Assembly: GCA_041557055.1 (NCBI GenBank)
Contig: JBFFHG010000001.1
Span: 1 to 24,221 of the forward strand
Length of the DNA stretch: 24,221 bases
Direction of reading: 5' to 3'
Source of the DNA: Desulfosarcinaceae bacterium
Lineage (GTDB): Bacteria; Desulfobacterota; Desulfobacteria; Desulfobacterales; Desulfosarcinaceae
Below, one piece after another: positions 1 to 8,601 of the stretch. Position numbers and translations under genes: made by a program. The notes under the pieces were generated by a model, which saw nothing but the letters and a program-made list of their open reading frames with translations, did no database searches and had not been told where the DNA came from. Positions within the stretch are counted from its first letter, which is position 1, and every line of letters starts with the position of its first letter.

Positions 1-132
1 GACCGATCCATTTTCAATCCCGGTTGCATCCATATCCAGGGGGTGTAGCCCTTAATGCCGTCACCACGCTTTAAGGCCTTCCAAGCCTGCGTTGATGCGG
101 ATTTTGGGTTGGCACGTCAAAATGCTATCAGA

Positions 133-187
133 CCCGGGCACGCTTCGGCGGCCGATAGCCGAACGCGGCCGCCGAGGCGTGCCCGGG
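133..187. repeat. 22-bp GC-rich inverted repeat (REP-like or terminator-like stem-loop) just 3' of the kinase gene
   Basis: Left arm CCCGGGCACGCTTCGGCGGCCG (133-154), 11-nt loop, right arm CGGCCGCCGAGGCGTGCCCGGG (166-187). 21/22 positions are complementary; the remaining one is a G-U pair on the + strand. No clear U-tract on either side. Confidence 0.85.
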
Positions 188-196
188 GATGGATGC

Positions 197-1612
197 TCAA
201 GAGATCCTGGGTTGTACTTCTATTTGAGGGTTTTGCGATGGGGCGGCGCCGCAAACAGCACGCACATAATTGGGGGCGCTGAAATCCTGCCAGCCAACAA
301 AGCCCAGATCGAGGTCCGCATAGTAAGCATACAAGAATGACCGGCGGTCAATACTCCAGATGCGGCGCTGGGTCACATCAAATACGGGTGCGATGCATAA
401 CGCCTCCCCTTGGGGATTGGGCCTGAGCAAGGTGAGCAATTCGTCGATGGTGGGCAAGCGCCAGTTGTGGCGTTCGCCGAATCTCTCCGAATTGAGTTGA
501 CGGATGTACTGGTGTGCTTGTTGCCAGGTGCGGGGATAAGCGCTCCCCGCCTGCTGCCAGAGCAGCCCGCTGGCGTGATCCATGACGGTATGGCCGTTTT
601 GAATATCAAACCGGTTGTCAAGATAGACTTTGGGACGCCACAATGGATCAACGCCAAACAGCTCCGCCGCTTGCCGCGGTCCTGATTTGATGGGAAGGTA
701 GCGCGGTCTCGCCGCCCCAACAGCCTGGGCCGGGCGATCAGGCTGTTGATGGTCTGTTTGGGGCATGCGGCAGCTTCTCTCTTTGTGGCGCCGCCAATGT
801 TTTTCCAACTCTTTCAGCGCACCGCGCATGGCCGGGGCATTTGGAAAGCGTTGTTCCGGTTTTGCGGCAATGGCGCGCCTGATAAATGCATCCCAATGGT
901 GATCCAGATCTGAATTGAATCGGTCGGTGGGTTCGTATGCTGCCGGCGAAGCGTCCATATTTGGAAGCCGTCCGGTGAGCATGCGGTAGAGCATGATGCC
1001 CACTGGATAGAGATCCGCGCGCATATCCACACTGTCGGGGTCTCTTTCCTGCTCCGGGGCGGCGTAGTAGGGCGACCCCACGTTGAGGTTTGAAGGGCCG
1101 CAAAAAGTCTCGCCTCGCAATTTGGAAAGACCGAAGTCACAAATTTTGACGGTATCCTGATCGGTAACCAGCAAGTTGAACGGTTTGATGTCCCGGTGAA
1201 GAATGTTTGCGTCGTGAAGGCTGCTGATGCCGTTAAGGGTTTGCCGGACATAGTTGAGGGCTTTATCCGCGTGAATGATCCGGGAGGGATTCTCCATGAG
1301 GTAGGATTCGCCCATCATGACCCCAAGGTTGTTGGCAAAAAAATCCATGACATAAAACGGGTTGCCGTTATCTTCATCAAAATCGTGGATCTCGACGATA
1401 TTGGGGTGTCGAAGTCCGGCCATGGTGACGGCTTCTTTGATGAACAAAGTACGAAGTTGCCCGATTCCCATGAGTTTGATCAGCAGAGGGTCGGGATCGA
1501 GCAGTTTGAGAGCGGCGATTTTTCCGATGGGGGGCAGTTCAACCTTGTACACTTTTCCCATGCCGCCCCGGCCCAACAGGCCTCGTATGATATAACGGCC
1601 GATTCTTTTCAT
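197..1612 (-). CDS. Hanks-type Ser/Thr protein kinase with C-terminal DUF1566 (Lcl-C)-like domain
   Basis: GRGGMGKVY Gly-loop, ALK, HPNIV, HRDIKPFN, DFG, GSPYYAAPEQ, DLYPVG. The C-terminus has VMDHASGLLWQQ...W..A..Y...LN...WRLPTIDEL, typical of DUF1566. Confidence 0.92.
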   Translation of the reverse strand: MKRIGRYIIRGLLGRGGMGKVYKVELPPIGKIAALKLLDPDPLLIKLMGIGQLRTLFIKEAVTMAGLRHPNIVEIHDFDEDNGNPFYVMDFFANNLGVMMGESYLMENPSRIIHADKALNYVRQTLNGISSLHDANILHRDIKPFNLLVTDQDTVKICDFGLSKLRGETFCGPSNLNVGSPYYAAPEQERDPDSVDMRADLYPVGIMLYRMLTGRLPNMDASPAAYEPTDRFNSDLDHHWDAFIRRAIAAKPEQRFPNAPAMRGALKELEKHWRRHKERSCRMPQTDHQQPDRPAQAVGAARPRYLPIKSGPRQAAELFGVDPLWRPKVYLDNRFDIQNGHTVMDHASGLLWQQAGSAYPRTWQQAHQYIRQLNSERFGERHNWRLPTIDELLTLLRPNPQGEALCIAPVFDVTQRRIWSIDRRSFLYAYYADLDLGFVGWQDFSAPNYVRAVCGAAPSQNPQIEVQPRIS

Positions 1613-1652
1613 GCCGGATCTTCAATGTTTCGATTTTTATTGAACACTGAAC

Positions 1653-2378
1653 CTACCATAACCGGTTGGCGTGATTTTCCGGCATCCCGGCGGCCTTTAT
1701 TTTGGCTACTGTCGCGGCGATGTCGTAGGGGATAAATCTAATCTCAAGTTGGTTGCGTCTTGAATCGTAAATGGCATATTTGGCGTTGTTGTTGCCATCC
1801 CGGGGCTGGCCCACGCTACCCACATTGATAATACAGCGATGGCGCGGATCGAGTTTAATGCGACCTTGTTTCAAAGGATGGCGTTCAATCCCGCGTCCGT
1901 TGAATGAGACAATTTCAAGGTCATGGGTGTGGCCCACGAAGCAGATCGGCTGATTCATGGTTTTCAAAGTTCCCATGAGCGCTTCAGGTGATTTTTGAAA
2001 CAGGTAGGTCCGAACCGAATCCGGTGGATAGCCATGTACACAAAGGGATTGGGCCACGACCATGCTGATGGGCAGTTGTTGAATGTGGGCCACGGATGCC
2101 GGGCTTAACATGGTGATGGTTTTTTTCAGCGAGGCCCGGGCCAGTGGGTTGAACCACTCCAATTGGGGGCGGTTGCAAACAGCCTGTTCGTGATTGCCGA
2201 TGATGGTGGGAATTTTACGCCGTCGAATCTCGGTTATGACAGCTTCGGGTTCGGGACCATAGCCGATGCAGTCGCCAAGGCACACCGTATCGTCGGCACC
2301 GATGGTTTCGATGTCGGCTAAAACCATGCGCAAGGCTTCAAAATTACCGTGAATATCCGAGATGATCGCCAGTTTCAA
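1653..2378 (-). CDS. Calcineurin-like metallophosphoesterase (putative protein phosphatase or Ap4A hydrolase-like)
   Basis: Motifs SDIHGN, GDCIGYG, GNHE, HG, GHTH, NVGSVGQPRDG. TTG at 2378 preferred (gives MKLAIISD, with AGGGTGG upstream); ATG at 2396 is the alternative start. Confidence 0.9.
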   Translation of the reverse strand: MKLAIISDIHGNFEALRMVLADIETIGADDTVCLGDCIGYGPEPEAVITEIRRRKIPTIIGNHEQAVCNRPQLEWFNPLARASLKKTITMLSPASVAHIQQLPISMVVAQSLCVHGYPPDSVRTYLFQKSPEALMGTLKTMNQPICFVGHTHDLEIVSFNGRGIERHPLKQGRIKLDPRHRCIINVGSVGQPRDGNNNAKYAIYDSRRNQLEIRFIPYDIAATVAKIKAAGMPENHANRLW

Positions 2379-2408
2379 AAAAGCCACCCTATCCATAAAC
2401 CCAATGGG

Positions 2409-3179
2409 TTAGAGCAGATTGAAATACCACTCAATGAGGCCCGGCCCTAAAAAGAGGTAGGCAATGGCGCCGATGGCCAGAAACGGACCAAAGGGCAGGG
2501 CCATTTTCATGCCTTTGCCGGCTCTCAACATTAAAATAATCCCAACGATGGTTCCGATCAGGGATGACGTCATGATGGTGAAACACACGCCCTTCCATCC
2601 CAGAAAAGCGCCGATCATGGCCAGCAGTTTTATATCACCGCCCCCCATGCCGTCTTTGCCGGTAAAAAACTGATAACCCCATGCAATCGCCAGCAGGCTG
2701 CCCCCGCCCACGCCTATTCCGATCAGTGAATCTGACCAGGTGATCTGGGGCAGGGCCAGGCTGGCCAGAAATCCCAAAGGGATTCCGGGCAGGGAAATGA
2801 TATCCGGAATGATGCGATGATCGATATCGATAAAGGTGATGACAAGCAGGGCGGCGATAAAGATAAAGTAGACCGGCGCCGGCACACCGAATCCGAATTG
2901 CAGCCATGTGATCAGCGCAAAAAGACCGCAGAGCAGTTCCACAAGGGGATATCGAATCGATATGGCGGTCCGGCAACCCCGGCACCTTCCGCGCAGGATG
3001 ATATAGCTGATCAATGGAATGTTATCATACCAGCCAATGGCTTTGCCGCACACGGGGCATGATGAGGCCGGGCGCACGATGGATTTTCCAATGGGCAGGC
3101 GGTGGATGCAGACATTCAAAAAACTGCCGATGCACATTCCAAGAAAAAAAATATACCAATTAAGCAGCATTGATGTCAT
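2409..3179 (-). CDS. pilD: Type IV prepilin peptidase / N-methyltransferase (A24A)
   Basis: GSFLNVCIHRLP, two Zn-binding CxxC (CPVC, CRGC), catalytic Asp motifs FIDID and GGGD, PFGPFL at the C-terminus, multiple TM helices. Start is 3170, 3179 or 3185; the ORF-track extension to 3380 looks non-coding. Confidence 0.95.
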   Translation of the reverse strand: MTSMLLNWYIFFLGMCIGSFLNVCIHRLPIGKSIVRPASSCPVCGKAIGWYDNIPLISYIILRGRCRGCRTAISIRYPLVELLCGLFALITWLQFGFGVPAPVYFIFIAALLVITFIDIDHRIIPDIISLPGIPLGFLASLALPQITWSDSLIGIGVGGGSLLAIAWGYQFFTGKDGMGGGDIKLLAMIGAFLGWKGVCFTIMTSSLIGTIVGIILMLRAGKGMKMALPFGPFLAIGAIAYLFLGPGLIEWYFNLL

Positions 3180-3362
3180 ATTCACAGCCTGGTAAATGAA
3201 TTGCCGTATTTTGCGCAACACCGACTCAACACATGGCTGCACAATCAGCAGATCCCGGAAGATGGTGTGCGAAGTGTCAATGGCTTTACACAACGCCATG
3301 TTGTTGACGGTTGTAGGGGGATTTAAGGAAAAAATCAAGTTAGATGTTGTCAAGTTGGGGTT

Positions 3363-3380
3363 TTGTCTTATACTAGACAA
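3363..3380. promoter_or_regulatory. Palindromic operator-like site TTGTCT-N6-AGACAA centred on a candidate -10 box
   Basis: Perfect 6-bp inverted repeat whose spacer is TATACT (3369-3374); TTGTCA lies 16 bp upstream (3347-3352). In the pilD/lon divergent intergenic region. Confidence 0.45.
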
Positions 3381-3449
3381 CTAATATCATTTGGAAATCG
3401 ATCAGTGTTGATTGAAATCCGGCATGAAACCGGAATATCAGTGAAAATC

Positions 3450-3478
3450 CTGACCTCGATATTACAAAGTGGTATACT
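3450..3478 (+). promoter_or_regulatory. Candidate sigma70 promoter for lon (extended -10)
   Basis: CTGACC-N17-TATACT with TGn directly before the -10 (TGgTATACT), about 90 bp upstream of the lon ATG. Confidence 0.45.
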
Positions 3479-3567
3479 TTTGGAAACGAGACCGGCCGCT
3501 GGCTGACGGGCCGATAGGGATTTGATTGATAATTGTAAGGTGGCTCGAACTGAAATAGGGAGCAGAG

Positions 3568-6009
3568 ATGGCCGAATCGGATAAAGATGACCTCATCAGT
3601 ATTATTGAGGAGGATATAGGAGATACTGAAATTCCCACGTCGTTGCCTTTGTTGCCGGTGCGTGATGTGGTGATTTTTACAGATATGCTGTTGCCGTTAT
3701 TTGTGGGAAGGGAAAAGTCCATAAAGGCTGTGGAGACGGCTGTTGCAAAAGACCGCTTTCTCTTTGTCGCCACCCAGAAAGACCCGGCCATTGAGAATCC
3801 AAAACCTGAAGATATTTTCGCGGTAGGTACCATCAGCCGAATTTTGCGTATGCTGAAACTGCCCGACGGACGTGTCAAAGCCTTGGTTCAGGGGTTTGCC
3901 AAAGCCAGAATTAAAAAGTATCTCCACAAACGGTCCCACTACCGCGTGGCGGTCGATATTCTGGATGAGCCCGAAATGCATATACCTGGGCTGGAGATTG
4001 AGGCCCTGATGCGCAATGTGCGGGAATATTCCGAAAAAATACTGGCGTTGCGCGGTGAGTTCAGCGGCGACGTGGGCAGTATTCTGGAAAGCATTGAAGA
4101 GCCAGGAAAACTGGCCGATCTGGTCGCTTCCAACCTGCGCCTCAAGATCGACGAGGCCCAGGAGGTTATCGAATTGATCGATCCGGTGGGGCGCCTTCGC
4201 AAGGTGCATGATCTGCTCTCCCGCGAGGTGGAGCTTTCCGCCATGCAGGCCAAAATCCAATCGGATGTCAAGGATGAGATTTCCAAAAGCCAGCGGGACT
4301 ATTTTTTGCGGGAGCAGGTTCGCGCCATTCACAAGGAGTTGGGCGAACTGGATGACCGGGGCCAGGAGGTCGAAGAGTATAAAAAACGAATCAAACGCGC
4401 CCGGATGCCCAAGGCAGCCGATGACGAGGCCAAAAAGCAGCTGCGCCGGCTGGAGCAGATGCATCCTGATTCGGCTGAATCCTCAGTGGTGCGTACCTAT
4501 TTGGATTGGTTGACCGAAGTGCCCTGGAACAAAAACACCAAAGACTTGCTGGATATTGAAAAAGCCCAGGCGGTGCTCAACCACGATCATTTCGGACTGG
4601 AAAAAATCAAGGACCGGATACTGGAATACCTCAGCGTGCGCAAGCTGAACCCTGATCTGAAGGGGTCCATTTTATGTTTCGTGGGACCGCCGGGGGTGGG
4701 GAAAACCTCATTGGGCCAGGCCATTGCCAAAGCCTTGCGGCGCAAGTTCGTTCGAATTTCTCTGGGCGGCATTCGCGACGAAGCCGAAATCCGGGGGCAT
4801 CGGCGGACATACATCGGCGCCATGCCAGGACGAATTATCCAGGGGTTGAAAACATGCAACACCAACAATCCTGTCTTTATGATGGATGAGATCGACAAGC
4901 TGGGGGCGGATTTTCGCGGTGATCCCTCCTCCGCATTGCTGGAGGCCCTTGATCCCGAGCAAAATGATGCTTTTTCCGACCATTATCTGAATTTGCCCTT
5001 TGATCTGTCAAAGGTCATGTTCATTCTGACCGCCAACCTCACGGATACCATTCCATCGGCCCTGCTGGACCGTATGGAGGTGATCAATCTGTCGGGCTAC
5101 ACAGAAGATGAAAAGGTCGCCATTGCGGAAAAACATTTGATTCCGCGGCAGTTGAAAGAGAACGGGCTTAAATCCAAACAGTTGGTAATCAGCCAGCAGG
5201 CGCTGCGGCAGATGATCAATGAATACACATCGGAAGCCGGGTTGAGAAATTTGGAGCGTGAGATCGCCTCCCTGTGCCGGAAGGTGGCGCGCAAAATCGC
5301 CGAAGGCAAAAAAGGTCCATTTAATATCAGCCGACAGAATATGCAGAAATATTTGGGGGTCCCAAAGTTCTACCCCGAAATGGACCAGGAACAGAGCCAG
5401 GTGGGGTTATCTACGGGACTTGCCTGGACCCAGGCCGGCGGCGAAGTCCTATATGTGGAAGCCAGTTTGATTCGGGGCAAAGGGGAGTTGATCATTACCG
5501 GTCAGATTGGAGAGGTGATGCAGGAATCGGCCCGGGCTGCCCTGAGTTATGCCAGAGCCTATCTGGACACGGTGGGCGTCAAGCCACAGATTTTTGAGAA
5601 TCTGGACATCCACATTCATGTGCCTGCCGGCGCCATCCCCAAAGACGGACCTTCGGCCGGTATCGCCATGGCCACGGCGTTGATATCGGTCGTGACCCAT
5701 CGACCCGTCAATAAGGATGTGGCCATGACCGGTGAAATCACCCTGCGGGGCCGGGTTCTGCCCATCGGCGGTTTGAAAGAAAAAGCCCTGGGAGCCCTGC
5801 GGGCCGGCATTAAAACCGTCATCATTCCGGGCAAGAACAAAAACGAGCTTGAGGAGATACCTGCGACCATCAAACGTAAGCTGAAGTTCGTGCCGCTCCA
5901 GAATATGGATGAAGTGTTGGATATCGCTTTGCTGGCGCCTGTAAATAATCCAACACGCAAAACCGGCCGCTCATCCAGGACCCGGGCAGCATCGAACAAG
6001 TCGTCCTGA
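3568..6009 (+). CDS. lon: ATP-dependent Lon protease (endopeptidase La)
   Basis: LON N-domain LPLLPVRD, Walker A GPPGVGKT, Walker B DEIDK, catalytic PKDGPSAG and GGLKEK; SD-like GGAG upstream. Confidence 0.98.
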   Translation: MAESDKDDLISIIEEDIGDTEIPTSLPLLPVRDVVIFTDMLLPLFVGREKSIKAVETAVAKDRFLFVATQKDPAIENPKPEDIFAVGTISRILRMLKLPDGRVKALVQGFAKARIKKYLHKRSHYRVAVDILDEPEMHIPGLEIEALMRNVREYSEKILALRGEFSGDVGSILESIEEPGKLADLVASNLRLKIDEAQEVIELIDPVGRLRKVHDLLSREVELSAMQAKIQSDVKDEISKSQRDYFLREQVRAIHKELGELDDRGQEVEEYKKRIKRARMPKAADDEAKKQLRRLEQMHPDSAESSVVRTYLDWLTEVPWNKNTKDLLDIEKAQAVLNHDHFGLEKIKDRILEYLSVRKLNPDLKGSILCFVGPPGVGKTSLGQAIAKALRRKFVRISLGGIRDEAEIRGHRRTYIGAMPGRIIQGLKTCNTNNPVFMMDEIDKLGADFRGDPSSALLEALDPEQNDAFSDHYLNLPFDLSKVMFILTANLTDTIPSALLDRMEVINLSGYTEDEKVAIAEKHLIPRQLKENGLKSKQLVISQQALRQMINEYTSEAGLRNLEREIASLCRKVARKIAEGKKGPFNISRQNMQKYLGVPKFYPEMDQEQSQVGLSTGLAWTQAGGEVLYVEASLIRGKGELIITGQIGEVMQESARAALSYARAYLDTVGVKPQIFENLDIHIHVPAGAIPKDGPSAGIAMATALISVVTHRPVNKDVAMTGEITLRGRVLPIGGLKEKALGALRAGIKTVIIPGKNKNELEEIPATIKRKLKFVPLQNMDEVLDIALLAPVNNPTRKTGRSSRTRAASNKSS

Positions 6010-6011
6010 TC

Positions 6012-6707
6012 ATGGCAAAGGCGATGCTGGCCGTTGATACCGCCACCGAAAGTTGTGGCGTTTGCATTGTTGCCGATGGCCGGGTTCAGACCGAATTGTG
6101 CCTGAACCATGGCGAAACCCATGCCCGGCATATTCTCCATGCCGTTGATGCCGTGCTTTCGCTGAGCCGAATGTCATTGGCGGACATTGATGCCTTTGCG
6201 GTGACCAAAGGTCCGGGGAGTTTTACAGGTTTGCGGATCGGTATCAGCACGGTGAAGGGGTTGGCCTTTGCCGCGGGCAAGCCTGTGGTGGGCGTTTCAA
6301 GTCTGGAGATCCTCGCCCGCCAGGCCGGATACGGTACACAACTGGTCTGCCCCATGATGGATGCCCGGCGAAAGGAGCTTTATTGGCGCATTTACCGCCG
6401 GGAGGGTGATGACTTGGTTTCCCAAACCAATGAACAGGTGGGGCCTTTGGACCGACTGACGGGTCAAATCGACGGTTCGTGTTTGTTTATCGGCAACGCA
6501 ACGGCGCTTTATGCCACCCAAGTGGCCCGACGGTTGAAGCATAATGCCCAATGGGCGCCCGCAAACGATAACGACATCCGCCCCGCGGTGCTGGCCCGAT
6601 TGGCCTGGGATCTGTTTCAGCAGGGGCGATGTGTTGATGCGGAAACTTTTGTTCCGGTCTACCTGAGAAAATCCGATGCCGAACTCAATCGCAAACACCT
6701 GAGTTGA
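6012..6707 (+). CDS. tsaB: tRNA t6A37 threonylcarbamoyltransferase complex subunit TsaB
   Basis: LAVDTAT, HARHIL, GPGSFTGLRIG, MDARRKELY, PVYLRKSDAE; begins 2 bp after the lon stop. Confidence 0.96.
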   Translation: MAKAMLAVDTATESCGVCIVADGRVQTELCLNHGETHARHILHAVDAVLSLSRMSLADIDAFAVTKGPGSFTGLRIGISTVKGLAFAAGKPVVGVSSLEILARQAGYGTQLVCPMMDARRKELYWRIYRREGDDLVSQTNEQVGPLDRLTGQIDGSCLFIGNATALYATQVARRLKHNAQWAPANDNDIRPAVLARLAWDLFQQGRCVDAETFVPVYLRKSDAELNRKHLS

Positions 6708-7020
6708 ATGGTTGATCAGCTCAGTCTGCGACTGTGGGCCATGTTATCTTTGTCCATACCGGCCGTGAATAATGGGCTTTTTATTGACACCGCATTTTAA
6801 AATAGATATTGCTAACACATTTTTAGGATAGTTGCTTTTGTTGCGGCGCAGCCCATCAGAGTCGTTTTCCCGATTGGCGCGATCCATTGGGGGCCCTTAT
6901 CATCACTTTCAGGTTTTATCGGCTCGCCTTTCGGCAGACTGTTTGGTGGCTCCGGGAGAACAATCAGAGGTCAAGTTTAGAGTCATAAATACCGATTAAA
7001 AAAAATCCAGAATAAAATCG

Positions 7021-7051
7021 ATGGCCAAGGTCACAGGGTTGGCTGTTTTTT
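7021..7051 (+). terminator. Candidate intrinsic terminator or attenuator in the greA leader
   Basis: Stem ATGGCCAA (7021-7028) / TTGGCTGT (7039-7046), 8 bp with two G-U pairs and a 10-nt loop, running into T6 (7046-7051); 62 nt upstream of greA. The stem is weak. Confidence 0.35.
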
Positions 7052-7113
7052 GATGGCGGCCCGGATCTGAATGGGTCGAACACAACCACATTTACTAAAA
7101 AGGAGAGAGCGGT

Positions 7114-7581
7114 TTGGAAAGAATTCCCATTACCCGCCCCGGCTATGAGAATTTGCATAAGGAGTTGCGGCATCTCAAAACGGTGGAGCGCCCCAACGTC
7201 ATCAAGGCCATTGAAGAGGCGCGCGCCCATGGCGATTTGTCTGAGAATGCCGAGTATGAAGCAGCCAAAGAGCGACAAGCGTTTGTTGAAGCGCGGGTGA
7301 ACGAGTTGAGCTTTAAACTGAACAATGCGGATGTTATCGATCCCGACAACTTGCCCAAGGATCGAGCTGTCTTTGCAAGTCGCGTCCTGCTTGAAAATGT
7401 GGATACAGGTGAGGATGTGGAGTATCAACTGGTCGGTCCGGAAGAGTCGGATATCAACCAGGGGCGCATTTCCATTGCTTCGCCTTTAGGCAAAGCCATT
7501 GTGGGGCGCAGACCCGGTGACGAGATCGTATTACAGGCGCCGGGAGGCAAACGGGTTTACGAATTGGTGGAAATTCTTTGA
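7114..7581 (+). CDS. greA: Transcription elongation factor GreA
   Basis: EARAHGDLSENAEYEAAKERQ, IS.ASPLGKA, APGG; TTG start with strong SD AAGGAG. Confidence 0.97.
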   Translation: MERIPITRPGYENLHKELRHLKTVERPNVIKAIEEARAHGDLSENAEYEAAKERQAFVEARVNELSFKLNNADVIDPDNLPKDRAVFASRVLLENVDTGEDVEYQLVGPEESDINQGRISIASPLGKAIVGRRPGDEIVLQAPGGKRVYELVEIL

Positions 7582-7598
7582 TTTGTTGGAGGTTTATC

Positions 7599-7802
7599 AT
7601 GGCACGAATTACCCTTGAAGATTGTTTGAAACGCGTGGAAAACCGGTTTATACTGGTTCATATGGCCGCGGCGCGGGTGCGCCAGATTCGGGAAGGATCT
7701 GAATATCTGGTCAGTTCACCCAAAAATGAAGATATCGTTGTCGCCCTGCGTGAGGTGGCTGCCGGTAAAATCATTGAAAAAAGACAACTTGAAGAGGCTT
7801 AA
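7599..7802 (+). CDS. rpoZ: RNA polymerase omega subunit
   Basis: MARITLEDCLKRVENRFILVHMAAARVRQ...ALREVAAG; SD GGAGG before ATG 7599 (the ORF-track start at 7578 is too early). Confidence 0.95.
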   Translation: MARITLEDCLKRVENRFILVHMAAARVRQIREGSEYLVSSPKNEDIVVALREVAAGKIIEKRQLEEA

Positions 7803-7828
7803 AGGGCAAGAACCGAAGCTGTGCAGCA

Positions 7829-8560
7829 TTGACGCCTTACAGTCGCACATACACTTTGCTCAACCGCAATTTGGGAAAAGCCCTGAACCGATATCGCATG
7901 ATCCATGACGGCGACAGGATCGCCGTGGGCGTTTCAGGGGGAAAGGACAGTTGGGCGCTCTTATGGCTGCTGGCCGACTTGCAGCGTCGCGCTCCGGTTC
8001 AATTCAAGCTTTTTCCCATATACATCGATCCCGGTTTTGAAGGGGGACCGGCCGATGTGATTGCCGAGCAGGGACATGCTCTGGGTTTTGATGTGCGTAT
8101 CGAGCACACTGAGCATGGATTGGTGGCACACAGCGACAAGAACAGGAAGAATCCCTGCTTTTTATGTTCCCGGTTGCGACGCAAGAATTTGTTCGAGATT
8201 GCCCGCGAGTTGGAATGCAGCAAACTGGCCCTGGCCCATAACAAAGACGACATCATCGAAACCCTGTTTCTCAATATGTGCTATGCTGGCGAGATCAGTA
8301 CCATGGTGCCCTATCAGCCCTTTTTTAATGGTCGCTTGACAGTGATTCGACCGCTGGCCTATGCAGATGAAGAGGCCCTTGAACGCTTTGCCCAACAGAT
8401 GCAGTGGCCGATAAAAGAGAACCCCTGTCCCAGCGCCGGGCGCTCCAAAAGGGCTGAAATAAAAGCACTGTTGCGGAAACTCTATGCCGCCAACAGAAAA
8501 ATTAAAGGGAACATTTTCAGGTCCTTGCGGCATGTCAAGCTGGAGTACCTGCTTAAATAG
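7829..8560 (+). CDS. ttcA: tRNA 2-thiocytidine(32) synthetase TtcA-family PP-loop ATPase
   Basis: PP-loop SGGKDS, CFLCSRLRR, AHNKDD, IRPL, NPCP; TTG start. Confidence 0.85.
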   Translation: MTPYSRTYTLLNRNLGKALNRYRMIHDGDRIAVGVSGGKDSWALLWLLADLQRRAPVQFKLFPIYIDPGFEGGPADVIAEQGHALGFDVRIEHTEHGLVAHSDKNRKNPCFLCSRLRRKNLFEIARELECSKLALAHNKDDIIETLFLNMCYAGEISTMVPYQPFFNGRLTVIRPLAYADEEALERFAQQMQWPIKENPCPSAGRSKRAEIKALLRKLYAANRKIKGNIFRSLRHVKLEYLLK

Positions 8561-8601
8561 CCCCTATGGCCGCCCCTGAAGGACCTGGAAGAGCGAATGC
8601 C

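Noticed and set aside
1-75. Possible gene fragment at the window's left edge
   Set aside because: Several short open frames on both strands, none recognisable; cannot be called without flanking sequence.
110-126. TGGCACG...ATGCT resembling a sigma54 -24/-12 promoter
   Set aside because: GG-to-GC spacing is 11 nt, not the strict 10, and it points into a hairpin and the 3' end of an opposite-strand gene.
3180-3380. ORF-track N-terminal extensions (pilD to 3380; likewise cyclase 9767, folE2 8566, dacB 18324, dtd 21187, small protein 20018, rpoZ 7578)
   Set aside because: They precede the conserved family N-termini, lack an SD, or overlap neighbouring genes; downstream starts fit better.
3697-4464. 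Long antisense or alternate-frame ORFs (e.g. 3697-4464, 6964-7428, 10241-10930, 12049-12864, 13111-13923, 21018-21596, 21748-22524)
   Set aside because: They lie wholly over well-supported genes and show no recognisable motifs; these are typical GC-rich shadow ORFs.
6841-6970. Minus-strand words (GCCGAAAGGC, CTGATGG, GCCACCA) suggestive of a glycine riboswitch, hammerhead or tRNA end
   Set aside because: The remaining conserved cores are absent or out of order, and no cloverleaf could be built. An Rfam/Infernal search is needed to exclude an RNA fully.
7829-8560. TtcA has only one full CxxC plus a single downstream Cys (NPCP)
   Set aside because: Three Cys ligands are what TtcA-type [4Fe-4S] clusters are reported to need, so this is probably a normal variant.
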